Source: a virus | Taxonomy: Duplodnaviria; Heunggongvirae; Uroviricota; Caudoviricetes | Length of the DNA: 64,000 bases | Direction: 5' to 3' (one strand) | IMG/VR virus record: IMGVR_UViG_3300042561_000621 | Shown: piece after piece, positions 38,933 through 51,500 of the stretch | Layout: every line of letters begins with the position of its first letter | How positions within the stretch are numbered: position 1 is the first letter of the stretch | Position numbers and translations under genes: made by a program | The notes under the pieces: generated by a model | The model's input: only the letters and a program-made list of their open reading frames with translations | The model's database searches: none | What the model was told of the DNA's origin: nothing

Positions 38933-39515
38933 AATCCCACCATATATTACTATTTACAATATAATCAGGCCAATGTTTTAACAAGTCATAAACATTATGC
39001 TCAGTAATAAAAGCCTCAACAAATTCTTTATCTAAATCAGGATTAATGTATAAATTTAAATAATCAATTCCTTCACAATCATCTTTATAAGCTTTTATAT
39101 CCTCAACTTCAATAGTATACCAACCCTTATTAATTAAAATATTCCAAGGTTTTATATTAAGGTTATAATTACTTCTATACTCTTTATACTTATTAATAAC
39201 ATCTTTTATATCTAAGTTTTTATCAGTAGTGCAAACAAAAGATGTAGAAGGAACTATAGTTTTACAATTACTAACTTCAACATCTAACTTACTTTCTTCA
39301 TTATCAATAATATCTATAACATATATATCTTCTTGAGTCTCATAAATCTTTTGTAAGTTAGGACTTATTAACCAATCAAACCACAACTCATTATTAATAT
39401 TTTCACAAGGCTCAAATTCAATCCAATTCTTATTAATTAAAAAGGAATACACATTAAAGTAGTATTCCTTATATTCTTTTATTAAGTTGTTATATTGTAA
39501 TAATTCATCTCTCAT
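38922..39515 (-). CDS. Hypothetical protein
   Basis: Coupled ORF. Confidence 0.55.
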   Translation of the reverse strand: MRDELLQYNNLIKEYKEYYFNVYSFLINKNWIEFEPCENINNELWFDWLISPNLQKIYETQEDIYVIDIIDNEESKLDVEVSNCKTIVPSTSFVCTTDKNLDIKDVINKYKEYRSNYNLNIKPWNILINKGWYTIEVEDIKAYKDDCEGIDYLNLYINPDLDKEFVEAFITEHNVYDLLKHWPDYIVNSNIWWDYEQ

Positions 39516-39520
39516 ATTGT

Positions 39521-39778
<258 letters not shown>

Positions 39779-39780
39779 TA

Positions 39781-40491
39781 CTATAATTCTACATTCTTTG
39801 TAACAACAGTTTTAGAATAATATAACTCTTTACTACTATTATTTAATTCTATATTAATCATTTCTTTTATTTCTTCATTACTTAAATCATCAAAGCATTT
39901 ATCATCAGATAATCTATAATCTTTTTCATCTTTAAATACTAACTTATTATCTTCTAAAGTAGCCCAACCATCACAATCAAACCTATCTAATTCTGGTAAG
40001 GGCAGTTGTTCTATATTAGTAATATTGTATATTACACATTCATAAGGACAGGCCCAATAACAACCTTCTACAATTAACTTATTATTATAAATACCAACAA
40101 TATTAGACCAACAAAAGCCAAATCCTTTATAAGCTTCATCAGGAAGATAAACATTAACTGTTTGACTAACTAAATTAATAATAGAATAACCTTGATAATC
40201 TTCGCCAATGATTAAATAGTTATTATAAAAGTAATAATAAAAGTCACTATAGTTTCTTTTTACTTCACTTATAACTTGATTAGTAATTAAACTTTTAACA
40301 ATAATATTTAAAAAGCCCCAACAATTAGGAGCAGTTTGATAGTTATAAACTGTTAAACTATAGTTATTACAAGGGGAAATAATAACCTCTTTAATCTCTC
40401 TAGTATTATTACTACCAAAGTATTTTAAAGTAGATTCTCTATACTCTTTATACTTTTTAATGTCTGATACAAAATAGTTTGTTGTTGTCAT
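39781..40491 (-). CDS. Conserved hypothetical protein
   Basis: GEDYQGYS...GFCW...EGCYWACPYE. Confidence 0.65.
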   Translation of the reverse strand: MTTTNYFVSDIKKYKEYRESTLKYFGSNNTREIKEVIISPCNNYSLTVYNYQTAPNCWGFLNIIVKSLITNQVISEVKRNYSDFYYYFYNNYLIIGEDYQGYSIINLVSQTVNVYLPDEAYKGFGFCWSNIVGIYNNKLIVEGCYWACPYECVIYNITNIEQLPLPELDRFDCDGWATLEDNKLVFKDEKDYRLSDDKCFDDLSNEEIKEMINIELNNSSKELYYSKTVVTKNVEL

Positions 40492-40824
40492 ATTATTTAA
40501 ATGCCTATTACTTTTTTACCCTCTTCACTATTTAACCATTCCTGCCAATTCTTATAAGGAGCAGTTGATATAACACCTGCCATTACTTGTTCTGGTTTAG
40601 TAATATAGTACTTATTAAAACCCAAACCTTTTTTATACTTTCTTTTTACTATCACTGTATAAAACTTCCTACTTATTTAATAGTTGTTGATGGAATTTAT
40701 ACCAAAGCTGATTTTTGAAAAGCCATTTAATATAATAATCTTTAGAGTCTATTTCTTTTATATAATCTTCTATAACTTATTTGGGAGATTTTAAAAGATT
40801 TATTAAATTAGGAATTGATTATAA

Positions 40825-40945
40825 TTAAATCAATCTCTGGCACTGTTTCAATACTTCTTTGTCCCAAAAGATAGCTTCTTGTGTTTCAGCATTGTCTAAA
40901 ATAGATTTAATTTGATCAGATGTTACTTTATTATTTGTACTCATT
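40825..40945 (-). pseudogene. Truncated N4 gp49-like ORF ending in a 27-bp copy of sequence from 42151-42177
   Basis: MSTNNKVTSDQIKSILDNAETQEAIFWDKE, followed by an apparently foreign tail VLKQCQRLI*. Confidence 0.4.
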
Positions 40946-40992
40946 TGTTTATTGTTTTATATAGGTTTATTTATTAATAACAAACTTAAAGT

Positions 40993-41649
40993 TTAATCTA
41001 TATACTCTTCTTTTTTAATAAAAGCAAAGTGTCTAACAAACTCATCACCTACTTGCCAATAATAATATAATGGCCAGTTATAACTTATAACATTAGATCC
41101 TTCATTAGTATAATTTACAACAGTGTAATAATTATTATTATCTTCTTCAATATTTTTAATAGCCTGCTCAAGAATAAGCATTTCTTTAATAGTACTAACT
41201 CTAACTTGAACACCTAAATAATCTGCTCTACTTAAATCAATAAACTTTACATCTTTACTTCTTAAATTATTTTCTAAGACTTTTAATGACATAAAATATT
41301 CATTTTTATAATCAAATTGATGTTTATCTCTAAAGTCTTTAAGTTTTAATGCTTGTTTATATATATTAATTTCTTTTGTATATTGAGCCTTTTCTTTTTC
41401 AAGTCTATCCCCAATTGATAAATATATTTTTAAAGCATTAACAGCTTCATCTTTAGTATTATAAATTATATTCTCATACTTATTAGCTTCATGTACAAAT
41501 ACATAATCCTTAGTTAATTGTTTACCATCTAGAATTACAATCCACTTAGTTTCATCAGTATTATTAAAGTAATCAATAGCTTCAATTATATAAGACTTAT
41601 CTTTATAGTTTACTTCATATTTTAAAGAATGCAATTCTAATTCAATCAT
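40993..41649 (-). CDS. Hypothetical protein
   Basis: 218-aa ORF. Confidence 0.55.
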   Translation of the reverse strand: MIELELHSLKYEVNYKDKSYIIEAIDYFNNTDETKWIVILDGKQLTKDYVFVHEANKYENIIYNTKDEAVNALKIYLSIGDRLEKEKAQYTKEINIYKQALKLKDFRDKHQFDYKNEYFMSLKVLENNLRSKDVKFIDLSRADYLGVQVRVSTIKEMLILEQAIKNIEEDNNNYYTVVNYTNEGSNVISYNWPLYYYWQVGDEFVRHFAFIKKEEYID

Positions 41650-42130
41650 ATTATTTACTCCAAATTAAATACTGTTATTAACACACTCAACATCAAACTC
41701 AGCTATAGGAATAAACTCCTCTAATACAACCTGACCCCAAGTAGTTTTAGTGTTGTAAGTATATTGCCTTTGTTGATAGCCTATTGCTTTTAGCATTTCT
41801 ACTTAATGAAGTATAGAAAAACCTTGCAAACCCTCTTTAACAATAGACTTGTTAATCTCTGACTCTAACCATTTAGCTCTAGCTTCAGCAGCTTCACTAG
41901 CCATATTATAAACTTGTTGCATTAAATTATCTGGCATAATTAACCTATTTACTATAAATTAAATATACTAAATACATTTGTTCAATAATAAATAATACTA
42001 AAAAGAAGAGGCCCCATTTAACACCTTTATCTTCATGATCTTTCAACTGTTGAATATGATCATCTGTAATAGTATTCATCATCTCTTTAATTAATAAACT
42101 TACTTCTTCTTTGTTCATATATACTACTAT

Positions 42131-42520
42131 TTAAAAGAATGTAGTTGCTGTTAAATCAATCTCTGACACTGTTTCAAAGTTATTCTTATCATTTACAGCA
42201 TGTATGTTGTACATAGCATAAGAGGTTTCATAACACACAAAATCATCAACTATATATAATACATCTGGCATACCCATAACATTAACAATATCACCTTGTT
42301 TAAATTTAGGAGGCACTAAATACTGTTGTAAGTCAGTAATTGTTTCTTGTAATTGTAGTACAAGTTGATTAAGTCTTTCAATCTCTTTTTCTTTGATAAT
42401 ACAAAGCTCTTTATAAACTGTTTTATCTTCTGATGTTGTCATTATATTATGTATTAATTTATTGTTACTACTAAATCTTTTACAAAATTTAGATTTAAAT
42501 GATTGGGCCAATAACCACAA
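42131..42520 (-). CDS. Hypothetical protein (coiled coil plus SH3-like C-terminus)
   Basis: PKFKQGDIVNV motif. Confidence 0.55.
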   Translation of the reverse strand: MWLLAQSFKSKFCKRFSSNNKLIHNIMTTSEDKTVYKELCIIKEKEIERLNQLVLQLQETITDLQQYLVPPKFKQGDIVNVMGMPDVLYIVDDFVCYETSYAMYNIHAVNDKNNFETVSEIDLTATTFF

Positions 42521-43239
42521 GGATTAGATATAACTCTAGTATTACCTAACATAAAATTACAGCTCATATGATCATGGCCTTTTACCCAAAATTTAGCACC
42601 ACTATAAGCTACAAATTCATCTAAGTTACTAGCATATGCAGCACTAACAATATCTTTGTGATAGCTAGGTTCAAGGCATTTAATAGTAGGAGAATGATGA
42701 GTAACAATACCAACATTTAAATCTTTAAAGACTTCTAAGTATGTTTCTAAGAAATTTAATGATTCATAGTGTGCAAGCAATAAGTCTTTAGGAGCCAGTT
42801 TTCTATAGCCTTCATTACTATTTCTAATACAATTAAAATCATTCATCCTTTTATAGCATTCATTCATTGCCATACCTTGAGGTATAAGAGGCTCAAACAA
42901 CTTATAGTCAGTCCACAAAGTACAGCCTAAAATAACTAAATCTTTATAGATGTAATAATCATTTTCTAGTACATGAATGTTAGTATTTTTAGCAGCTTCT
43001 TTTAATTTGTCTAAAGCTTTTGGATATGACTGAAAATAATATTCATGATTACCGCATACATATATAATTGGCTTATTTATATTCTGTTCTAACAACCATT
43101 TAATACTCTCAGTACCAGTATGAATATCACCAGCTAATATAATTAAATCACTATCAGTATCTTCTATTTTTATGTCTTTATTGTTCTTATAAAACTCAAC
43201 ATGTAAGTCACTAAGAGGCTGTATCTTATACATAATCAA
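42454..43239 (-). CDS. Metallophosphoesterase
   Basis: SDLHVE, AGDI, GNHEYY, GCTLWTD, THH, GHDH. Confidence 0.9.
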   Translation of the reverse strand: MIMYKIQPLSDLHVEFYKNNKDIKIEDTDSDLIILAGDIHTGTESIKWLLEQNINKPIIYVCGNHEYYFQSYPKALDKLKEAAKNTNIHVLENDYYIYKDLVILGCTLWTDYKLFEPLIPQGMAMNECYKRMNDFNCIRNSNEGYRKLAPKDLLLAHYESLNFLETYLEVFKDLNVGIVTHHSPTIKCLEPSYHKDIVSAAYASNLDEFVAYSGAKFWVKGHDHMSCNFMLGNTRVISNPCGYWPNHLNLNFVKDLVVTIN

Positions 43240-43405
43240 TACCTAATGTTGTTAGCTTAGTTTCATTTAACTTAATGGATTTATTGTGTAATTGTTCTAT
43301 TAAATTTAATACATAACCTTCATCTGATTTAGATAGCATTAATTGATGACAATCATCATTATCTAACTTAACTATAACAACTATATCTTTAATCTTCATT
43401 GTTAT

Positions 43406-43855
43406 TTAATTCCACAATCTTTGAGCATATTTACCAAGTAACATAAAAGCTTCTTTTACTTTAGCTATTTTATAATCAAACTCCTCATTTTTAAAGATAT
43501 AACCATTATATTCAACTAATAAAAGTAAAAAACCTTCAAGTATAGTTTCTATAATTTGTTTTAAAGAACCCTCTTCAAATGACTGTTCCAATGTAAAATC
43601 AGTCATATAAAATACATACAATCTAGGTAATAAGAAAACAACAATAGATCTATCTAAATCCCATAATTGACTTAAATCCCAGCCATAATTGTCTATTAAA
43701 TGTATATTATTATCATCAACTTTTAAACACTCTACTGACTCTCTTGATAGTTGTAAATCAAAAGTATTATATAAAGCTTTTAAACCATCTTTATAATCTT
43801 TATATTGTAGTAGATCCTGTATATTATTAATAGATTTTTCTTCTTTATTGTTCAT
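43406..43855 (-). CDS. Hypothetical protein
   Basis: WDLD...LPRL motif; coupled ORF. Confidence 0.55.
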   Translation of the reverse strand: MNNKEEKSINNIQDLLQYKDYKDGLKALYNTFDLQLSRESVECLKVDDNNIHLIDNYGWDLSQLWDLDRSIVVFLLPRLYVFYMTDFTLEQSFEEGSLKQIIETILEGFLLLLVEYNGYIFKNEEFDYKIAKVKEAFMLLGKYAQRLWN

Positions 43856-44057
43856 AGTAATCCTGCTTATTTACAATATAAGTATTATAAATATAATCAT
43901 AGTACTCATCTAACTCTTGTTTATAAATATTTAACAAGAAATCTTTAAAAGATATAATTAATTCTAAAAGACCTTTATTAATACAAGAAGTAATATAATT
44001 AATGTATATTTCCTTATTAAGTTCTGTATTATAATTTTTATCTGCCATAATATCCAT
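43845..44057 (-). CDS. Hypothetical protein
   Basis: Coupled small ORF. Confidence 0.45.
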   Translation of the reverse strand: MDIMADKNYNTELNKEIYINYITSCINKGLLELIISFKDFLLNIYKQELDEYYDYIYNTYIVNKQDYYEQ

Positions 44058-44431
44058 TAATTCATTCCTGCAATTACTGGTTCTTCTTCTAAATTATTTA
44101 ATAAATATAAATGTTTAGCACATTCAATATTAGCTATATAAATTGTTTTATAAGGACCGCCTTTATATTGAATAGAATCATAATCAATAACATAATAAAA
44201 AGGATGATCTGATTCAGGAGCTAGTCTATGAACATGTTGATAATAATGATTATCACTGTTTAACTTTGTGTTTAAATTAGACCCATCTTTAAGTAAATCT
44301 TTACCACCAAACATAGTAGAAATAGATATATATATTTCTTCTACTGTTGGTATAACTTCTTCTTGTTGTGCTTTTTTACTCATTAACTTTCTTTGTATTA
44401 TATTTGTTATAATATTACTATTTAAAGACAT
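44057..44431 (-). CDS. Hypothetical protein
   Basis: Coupled ORF. Confidence 0.5.
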   Translation of the reverse strand: MSLNSNIITNIIQRKLMSKKAQQEEVIPTVEEIYISISTMFGGKDLLKDGSNLNTKLNSDNHYYQHVHRLAPESDHPFYYVIDYDSIQYKGGPYKTIYIANIECAKHLYLLNNLEEEPVIAGMN

Positions 44432-44618
44432 CCTACTGAATTAGGCCTCTTTTTAAAGGGTCTACCAACTACTGCTCTTTGAGCAGTACATCTATTAACT
44501 TCATGCCATCTATTATCTGTTAGCAACACTTTATAAACTATATGTTCTTTATATACTGTTGTTTGTACTTGACACACATATAACAAACCATAAATATTTG
44601 CACAAATAAAAGCTGTAA

Positions 44619-45029
44619 TCATATTGTATACCACTCTAATTCATCATAACCATTAAGTTTACATTGTTCAATCCAATCATTTAAATCTTTAATATGTTCA
44701 AGTCTTGTATCCCTATAACCTATAATTGGATTATCAATTTTCTCATTACCTAAACATCTTTCAAGATCTAAATCATATTTTCTAGCTACTTCTTCTGGTG
44801 AATCATGTTCATCATAATCAAGATAATATATAGGTTCTTTAGAATATTCATCTGGAAAGGCCAGTACCCAATCACAATACTCTTTATATTTATTATTACT
44901 ATCAAGTATCTTATATGTAATAGTAGTTGGTGTTTGATAACAACTAAACTTTCTACTTATATAATGAGTTTCACCAGTCTTAACACTTGTTACCTTCATT
45001 AAAGCTTCCAAGTATATATTCATTGACAT
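44619..45029 (-). CDS. Hypothetical protein
   Basis: CYQTPTTITYKIL motif. Confidence 0.55.
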   Translation of the reverse strand: MSMNIYLEALMKVTSVKTGETHYISRKFSCYQTPTTITYKILDSNNKYKEYCDWVLAFPDEYSKEPIYYLDYDEHDSPEEVARKYDLDLERCLGNEKIDNPIIGYRDTRLEHIKDLNDWIEQCKLNGYDELEWYTI

Positions 45030-45389
45030 AATATTAGTTTTATAATTTTTATACTAAAAAAAGCAGCTTTTACACTGCTTCTTATACCTAATGTACCTTA
45101 ATTTTAGTCTTCTTTTCAAATAACAATTTTCTTAGACAGCCCTTTCTACTTAGTTCTCTAAACACTTTTAGAGTCATATCATCAGTGCCATTATTAGTTA
45201 ACTTGTTATATATAAAGAATTGGTCATTAGTCATTATAAATGTATGAGTAACACCAGTATATAAAGGGCTTTTTATATAAACTTTATTTTTATACATTAT
45301 CCACAACCATCACAATAATAATCTGACTCTATTAAATATGTACCTTTAGGAATTACACCCTCATTAAACATATCTGTAAGTCTATCAGA

Positions 45390-45614
45390 CTATTCATCAT
45401 AAACATCAGGTTTTGATGAAAAACTATTATTGTTAGGTATATTAAACATTGTTATACCACTATATTCCCAATCATATCCAATATGAATATTATCAACCTT
45501 ATAATGTAATTCAAAAAGGGCTCTTAAATCAGCCCTTTTAAAGTAATAACATTCAATTTTATTAGCTTTAACAATAGTATTTAAATGTTTTGATGTTTTC
45601 ATATGCCTATCCAA
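45390..45614 (-). CDS. Hypothetical protein
   Basis: Coupled small ORF. Confidence 0.45.
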   Translation of the reverse strand: MDRHMKTSKHLNTIVKANKIECYYFKRADLRALFELHYKVDNIHIGYDWEYSGITMFNIPNNNSFSSKPDVYDE

Positions 45615-45795
45615 ACTTAGTTTCAGTTAATTGTATAACTATATTCTTATTAGTATTACAACATAAAGCTCTTACAATCCATTGTTCTTTACCATTATAT
45701 AAGCCATAATCAACTTCAATATTAGTGATTGGTCGAGTTGTTATTCTACCCTTACCATTCTTATAAGTTACTTCTATTAATCTACTATCATTCAT
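45607..45795 (-). CDS. Small WYL-like domain protein
   Basis: IEVTYKNGKG..TTRPI...EQWIVRALC. Confidence 0.55.
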   Translation of the reverse strand: MNDSRLIEVTYKNGKGRITTRPITNIEVDYGLYNGKEQWIVRALCCNTNKNIVIQLTETKFG

Positions 45796-46090
45796 TGTTT
45801 AACACTTGAATGATATCTTTAATTGCATATGTTCTAGGAGCATCTTTGTCTAAATCCCAAACATCAAACAACCATTGTGGTTCTGGATGATATTCTGTTT
45901 GACCCCAATATAAATTACCAATTGGTTGTACTTTTCTAATATCTGTATTACCTTTCCAATTTTTATACAGTAGTGTTAATACTTTATTATTATCTATCTT
46001 CAAAATCAAATCCTTTTTTAATGCTTTATTAGTAAAATCTTTAATTGACTCATTAATTTGTTGAAAGTTGCCACAAACCTTATTACTCAT
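45788..46090 (-). CDS. WYL domain protein
   Basis: YKNWKG...RKVQP...YWG.TEYHPEPQWL...DLDK...RTYAIKDI. Confidence 0.8.
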   Translation of the reverse strand: MSNKVCGNFQQINESIKDFTNKALKKDLILKIDNNKVLTLLYKNWKGNTDIRKVQPIGNLYWGQTEYHPEPQWLFDVWDLDKDAPRTYAIKDIIQVLNNE

Positions 46091-46721
46091 GCTTTGATTC
46101 CCATGTATTAACTAATAGTCCTGTCATTTTACAATAATATCTACACTCACTATAAGACCACTTACTAATTAAGTTTATTAGTTCCTCTTGTAACTCATAC
46201 TGAGCCCTTTTACTATCCACAATAGAAGCTTCATTCATCCATTTAACCCACTGTGTTTCTAACATTCTAACTTGAGTTGTTAATAAACCCCAGTAAGAAC
46301 TAATCTCATCAGCACCGTATTTAATAAACTCTGTTGGCTCTAATTGACTGTCTATATACTCTAATCTAACTAATATGCTATTAATAACATCTTTAGTATT
46401 AACCTCATATGTAGCATATTTTGGAGTGAATATCATAGCTCCAATGTTCATCATGCAATTTTGTAAGCTATCTAACAACTTATATTCATTTTGTTGTACA
46501 TTATAAAATCTTTTAACACAGCCAAGCCAAGCATTAGTTAAATCTACTTGAGCTTGTACTACACATGTTATATGATCTTTTCTCAGTGTAATAGGTTCAT
46601 TGTCTTCACCATTATGAGCATGTGTAAACCCTTTACTACCTACTCCAACTACTTTACTTGTAACTCTTTTAGCCATTATATTAAGCCTCTTATTTACATA
46701 TATTAAGCTCTTAAAATTCAA
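46083..46721 (-). CDS. Divergent PduO-type ATP:cob(I)alamin adenosyltransferase homolog
   Basis: GSKGFT, RKD...VDLTNAWLG, LQNCMMNIGA, EFIKYG, QVRMLE and INLISKW..ECR align with PduO motifs. Confidence 0.6.
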   Translation of the reverse strand: MNFKSLIYVNKRLNIMAKRVTSKVVGVGSKGFTHAHNGEDNEPITLRKDHITCVVQAQVDLTNAWLGCVKRFYNVQQNEYKLLDSLQNCMMNIGAMIFTPKYATYEVNTKDVINSILVRLEYIDSQLEPTEFIKYGADEISSYWGLLTTQVRMLETQWVKWMNEASIVDSKRAQYELQEELINLISKWSYSECRYYCKMTGLLVNTWESKHE

Positions 46722-46766
46722 CTTAAATTAAACAAATAATCAACTTAATATAAATGGCTAGAATAA

Positions 46767-47427
46767 TTACACAACACTAACATTGTTTCTTCTAAGACCA
46801 TTTAAAGCCCAATGTTTATCATTCTTTATAACAAATCTACTACTTACAAACTTAGCAATATTAAAGTTAGAATCATTGTATTGATACTCATTATTATTTC
46901 TAACAACATAACCTTCAACTATATCATCTCTATACTTATCTAAAGTGTTAAATGACTTAACTTTAGTCTCATCATAAATTCCTTTATACAATACTGGAAC
47001 AGGAGTTATATTAAGTATGAAACATATGTTTAAAGTATCTTCCCATGATAAACATGTTGTACCATTCCAAGCACTATGTAGCAAAAACACATCTTCTAAG
47101 TTGTTATAATTAATAGTATGTGTTGTATACATATTCTCACCAACAAGTCTTAAATTGGGCCATTTATTGTGCAGTAACATATAGTTATCTGTATATAATT
47201 TATTAGTCCACCAACTATGTAAGTAATCATTAGATTCATGTTGTCTACTACTTTGTATAGATCTACTGTGGAACGAACCATCATTATAAAGTGAAACTGA
47301 AGCTCCGTCATACTTAACAGTAACAATAACATCTTTGTTATCAAACATATTGTTATGTTTAATGGTCTTATCATCTTTACTCATTACTTCTGACCAAGGA
47401 AGATGATATATTCTTGGTGCTTTTAAT

Positions 47428-47435
<8 letters not shown>
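46767..47435 (-). CDS. RNA ligase family nucleotidyltransferase
   Basis: PRIYHLPWS, KYDG, HSRS, GENM, EGYVVR, AKFV. Confidence 0.85.
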
Positions 47436-47709
<274 letters not shown>

Positions 47710-47710
47710 A

Positions 47711-47905
47711 TTAATCGAAGATAACTACATATTCAGATTTAATAAGTGGGTTAGTAACAACACTAGGATTAGTATTTAATACTTCAATTTTAGGATAATC
47801 TTCCTGCCCATAGAATATTTCAGCAACTTTAATATTGCCATATTTAACTTTAATTTTCAATAGTTTACTAACAATATCATCAATAGTTTGTAATTCTTCT
47901 GACAC
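47711..47905 (-). CDS. Hypothetical protein
   Basis: GTG start preceded by an (ATAA)n run. Confidence 0.45.
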   Translation of the reverse strand: MSEELQTIDDIVSKLLKIKVKYGNIKVAEIFYGQEDYPKIEVLNTNPSVVTNPLIKSEYVVIFD

Positions 47906-48326
47906 TTATTTATTTATTTATTTATTTATTATAAAACATTATATTATCAGTTACATCTTTATAAAAGAAGTGTGTTTTATCACATCTTATACACTTTTTA
48001 GCAACTACCAAATTATATCTATATCCAAATATCCAACTATGAATATTTAAATTACAAAGAATATTCATTTATTTTTGTCTTTTGTTACTTCATACCAAAA
48101 GCTAGAAAAGTAGGTCTTATTATTAATAATAAACTTCAAACTTTCTAAGTTATCTGGTAAATCAATAACAATATTATCTAATCTTCTAGCCTTAATTACT
48201 CTCATTTATTTATTTGTATCATGACAATAAAGTATTTGTTTATTGCATCTAGTGCATTCTTTACTAACAATCCACCCACTAATATATGAATATTCCCAAT
48301 CATGTATGTTTAAAAAACACAATAAC

Positions 48327-48554
48327 TTATTTATCATTTTTGTTTATAAAAGCCTTATAAAAATTGTTATACCAAGGTGTTAGATTTATACTAAAAGCCT
48401 TATTAGGATCTGTTTCACTAAAGTTATATTGACTAGAGTCAAAACCTCTCTCAGCCATTAACATCTCAGCAATTGACTGAATAAAAAGAATCTTACCTTC
48501 TTCTATATTTATAAAGAAGGTAAGATTTGCTGTAATCATATAGTATGTTTTCAT
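48327..48554 (-). CDS. Hypothetical protein
   Basis: 75-aa ORF. Confidence 0.45.
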   Translation of the reverse strand: MKTYYMITANLTFFINIEEGKILFIQSIAEMLMAERGFDSSQYNFSETDPNKAFSINLTPWYNNFYKAFINKNDK

Positions 48555-48575
48555 TTGATTAATAAGTATTTATAC

Positions 48576-51500
48576 TTATCGGATGGGACAAGCAGAAGTA
48601 GAACAGGCACTACCTAAATCAACATCATCAATATCAACACCAATACCTAAAGCTTCTTGTTCTAACTTAGCTAATAGCTCTTCATTAACATAAAATCTAC
48701 CATCTTTAACCCAGTCAGAATCTTTAAATGAGGCCATCATATTATTATATTCATCCTCAGTTATTTGATCATTAGGAAAAAGAGGATGATTACCTGAATA
48801 GTAAGATAAGAAAGCAGCATTAGTAAATCTTGACCAGTTCTTTTCAGCATGTAGTTCTTCTGCTAGACTATCCCACTCATCTTCTTTGGCAGTAATAGTA
48901 GATGACACCATATGATCAACATACTTATCACTAAATCTAAGTACGTTTTGCAACTGTCTACTAGCACTAACACTGCCTTGTGATTCAACCATTCCAGAGT
49001 TAATAGGAAACTCAAATAGGACAGCATTACTACTATTAAAAGCTACTTCTTTTTCTTCTAAAGATGATTGTCTAAACAATTCAATTGCCTGCCAAATATC
49101 AACTGTTGGATATATTTTACTTAAATCATAAGGTGTGGGAATCCAACTAAAGCCTTGTTGCTTCAATGTCTTAGCAAGAGCATCATTAGCACCCATTTGT
49201 ATTCTATTAATATAATAAGGAGCCCAATCCCAGTGAACACCACTAGAAGAACCTAATACTTTACTTCCTGTATTATGTGATTTGATACCACCTTGATAAT
49301 ACCAATGAGGATCACTTACTTCTATATCATAAGTATTAATTAAATCATCTAATATAATTACACTTTTAACCTTATAAGGATTTTTATGAATTCTATCACT
49401 AATAACAATAGGATTATTAATGTTAGCTTTTATAGAATGAGTATTTATAAAATCAATAGCTTCTTTAGTTGAATAACTTCTACTCAGTTGTAAATCGCAA
49501 TAAGTGCCTGATCCTTTAGTAGTTTCTCTAGTATATTTATAACAACTAAATGATAAACCAACTGCTTCTGTTACTTCTTGAAACATTCTAGCAAATGTTT
49601 CATTTTTAGTAGTAATAGTACAACCATCATTTTTAAAACAGCCATCATTATCTAAATAACCGCAGATAAAAGATAGTATACAGTCTTTGCTAGATCTTCT
49701 AATAATAAGGGGAATGCTAAAATCTTTTGTTTTTAACAAGCCATTTATAGTAAGAAAGTTAATTAGATCAGAAGAACTAATAGTTGTTCTATACATATCT
49801 TTAGTGTTATCTTTTTTAGCAATACAAGTAATATTAAATAGTTCTTTTGTTATGTCTATAAACTTTTGAACTACTTCAATGTAACCACTACATAAACTAA
49901 TTGTACCACTATTAATAGAACCATTAGCAAAAATTGTACTAACCCACCAAGCTAAATTATTAGAGGTACTAATAGGAAATACTATATCTTCTTCTCTTAA
50001 ATGATTATATTTGACAGCACATTGAGCTAACAACTCATTAGTTGTTTTATTATAAGTGTCTAATTTAATATCTAATACATCACCAATTTGTAAATTAACA
50101 GCATTTTTCCACAAACCATTAACACTAAAAGGATGTTGTAAGGTACTTGTTAACTTTCTACCATTATTAAGAATAATCTCTACTACTTGACTAAGACCGT
50201 TGTTATAGACCTTATTAATAGAATATCCACTAGTGGTTTTATTATTAGTAACTATAGAATTAAATCCTAATTTACTAACATCTCCAATCTCATCAACTCT
50301 TAATAATCCTTCAGTTGTAGTTCTTAGATGATTAATTTCTAAGCAACCTTCCGGCTTCACACAGCAGACCATTAATGGTCTTTCAACTCTTAACTTAGCA
50401 CTATAAATATCTGCTTCATTGTTGGCCCAACCATTAATTTGTTTCATTAGTTGTTCCTGTTCTGCATAAGACAAATCTAATTTAGCAAATAGTTGAATCC
50501 AGCCAGTAATAGAGACACCTAACAACCTTTCAGCCTTCTGAGTATCATCTAATTCTGATCTAGGCATAGTAACAAATGTTTGTCTGGTGCCCATTCTAAC
50601 AGTAAGTCTAATAGCTTGTTCTAATGCTGCCTCATCTAACTTATAACCTGTAATTGCACACATATCATTGTTATTACATTTCTTAATAACAAACTTGTTA
50701 ATAGGTAATGTTGTTAGATTACAGAAGCCAACACCTAATCCAAACATATAACCAACAGATAATACTATTTCAAAGCAGTTATGACTAATAAATCCTTCTA
50801 CAACTCCCCAATTAGTCTCAGGTTCTGTAAAGTCATAAACTTTATCATAACCAACAGATTTAACAGAAGTAACAAAAGGAGATTGATTAGTTAAATGCTC
50901 AAACAACATCTCCGTTTTATAAGTGTGATAAAAATTAATAGTATTAAAGAACTCTAATTTGTCTTTATATCTAGCAATATTTACATCATAACTTTCTTTA
51001 CATTGATAAATTCCATTACTGAATTCTACTGCTTTAGATTTATTAGTTGTAATATATACCGAACTTAAATGAAAATCTTCTTTTAAAGTACTTAACAATT
51101 GTTCAGCTAAAACTTTAGAAGCGGTTTTAAAAGTTACTCTTCCATGTCCTTTAGTAAAACTACCATTAGCACTATATAATCCACATAAAAAAGCCGCCTT
51201 ATCTAATTTATTTAGATTGTAATAAGAATTTGGTAATTCTCTTTCAGGAGACACAACTCTATTTATTTTGTATTCTTCAACTAATTTATCTAATTCATTT
51301 ACATAATAACCACAAGTAGAGTTAGTAAAGCTCTTATCATATGAATATCCAGCTTCTTTAATTAAAGTAAAAATATCTAAGTCTTTACTGCCTATATTTA
51401 ACAATTCACCTCTAGATTTAGAGGGAATTGTTAAATTGCCATCTCCTAAAGTAAATCCTAATAATACAAGTTCTAAAGAATGATTAATTGGTTTTTTAAG

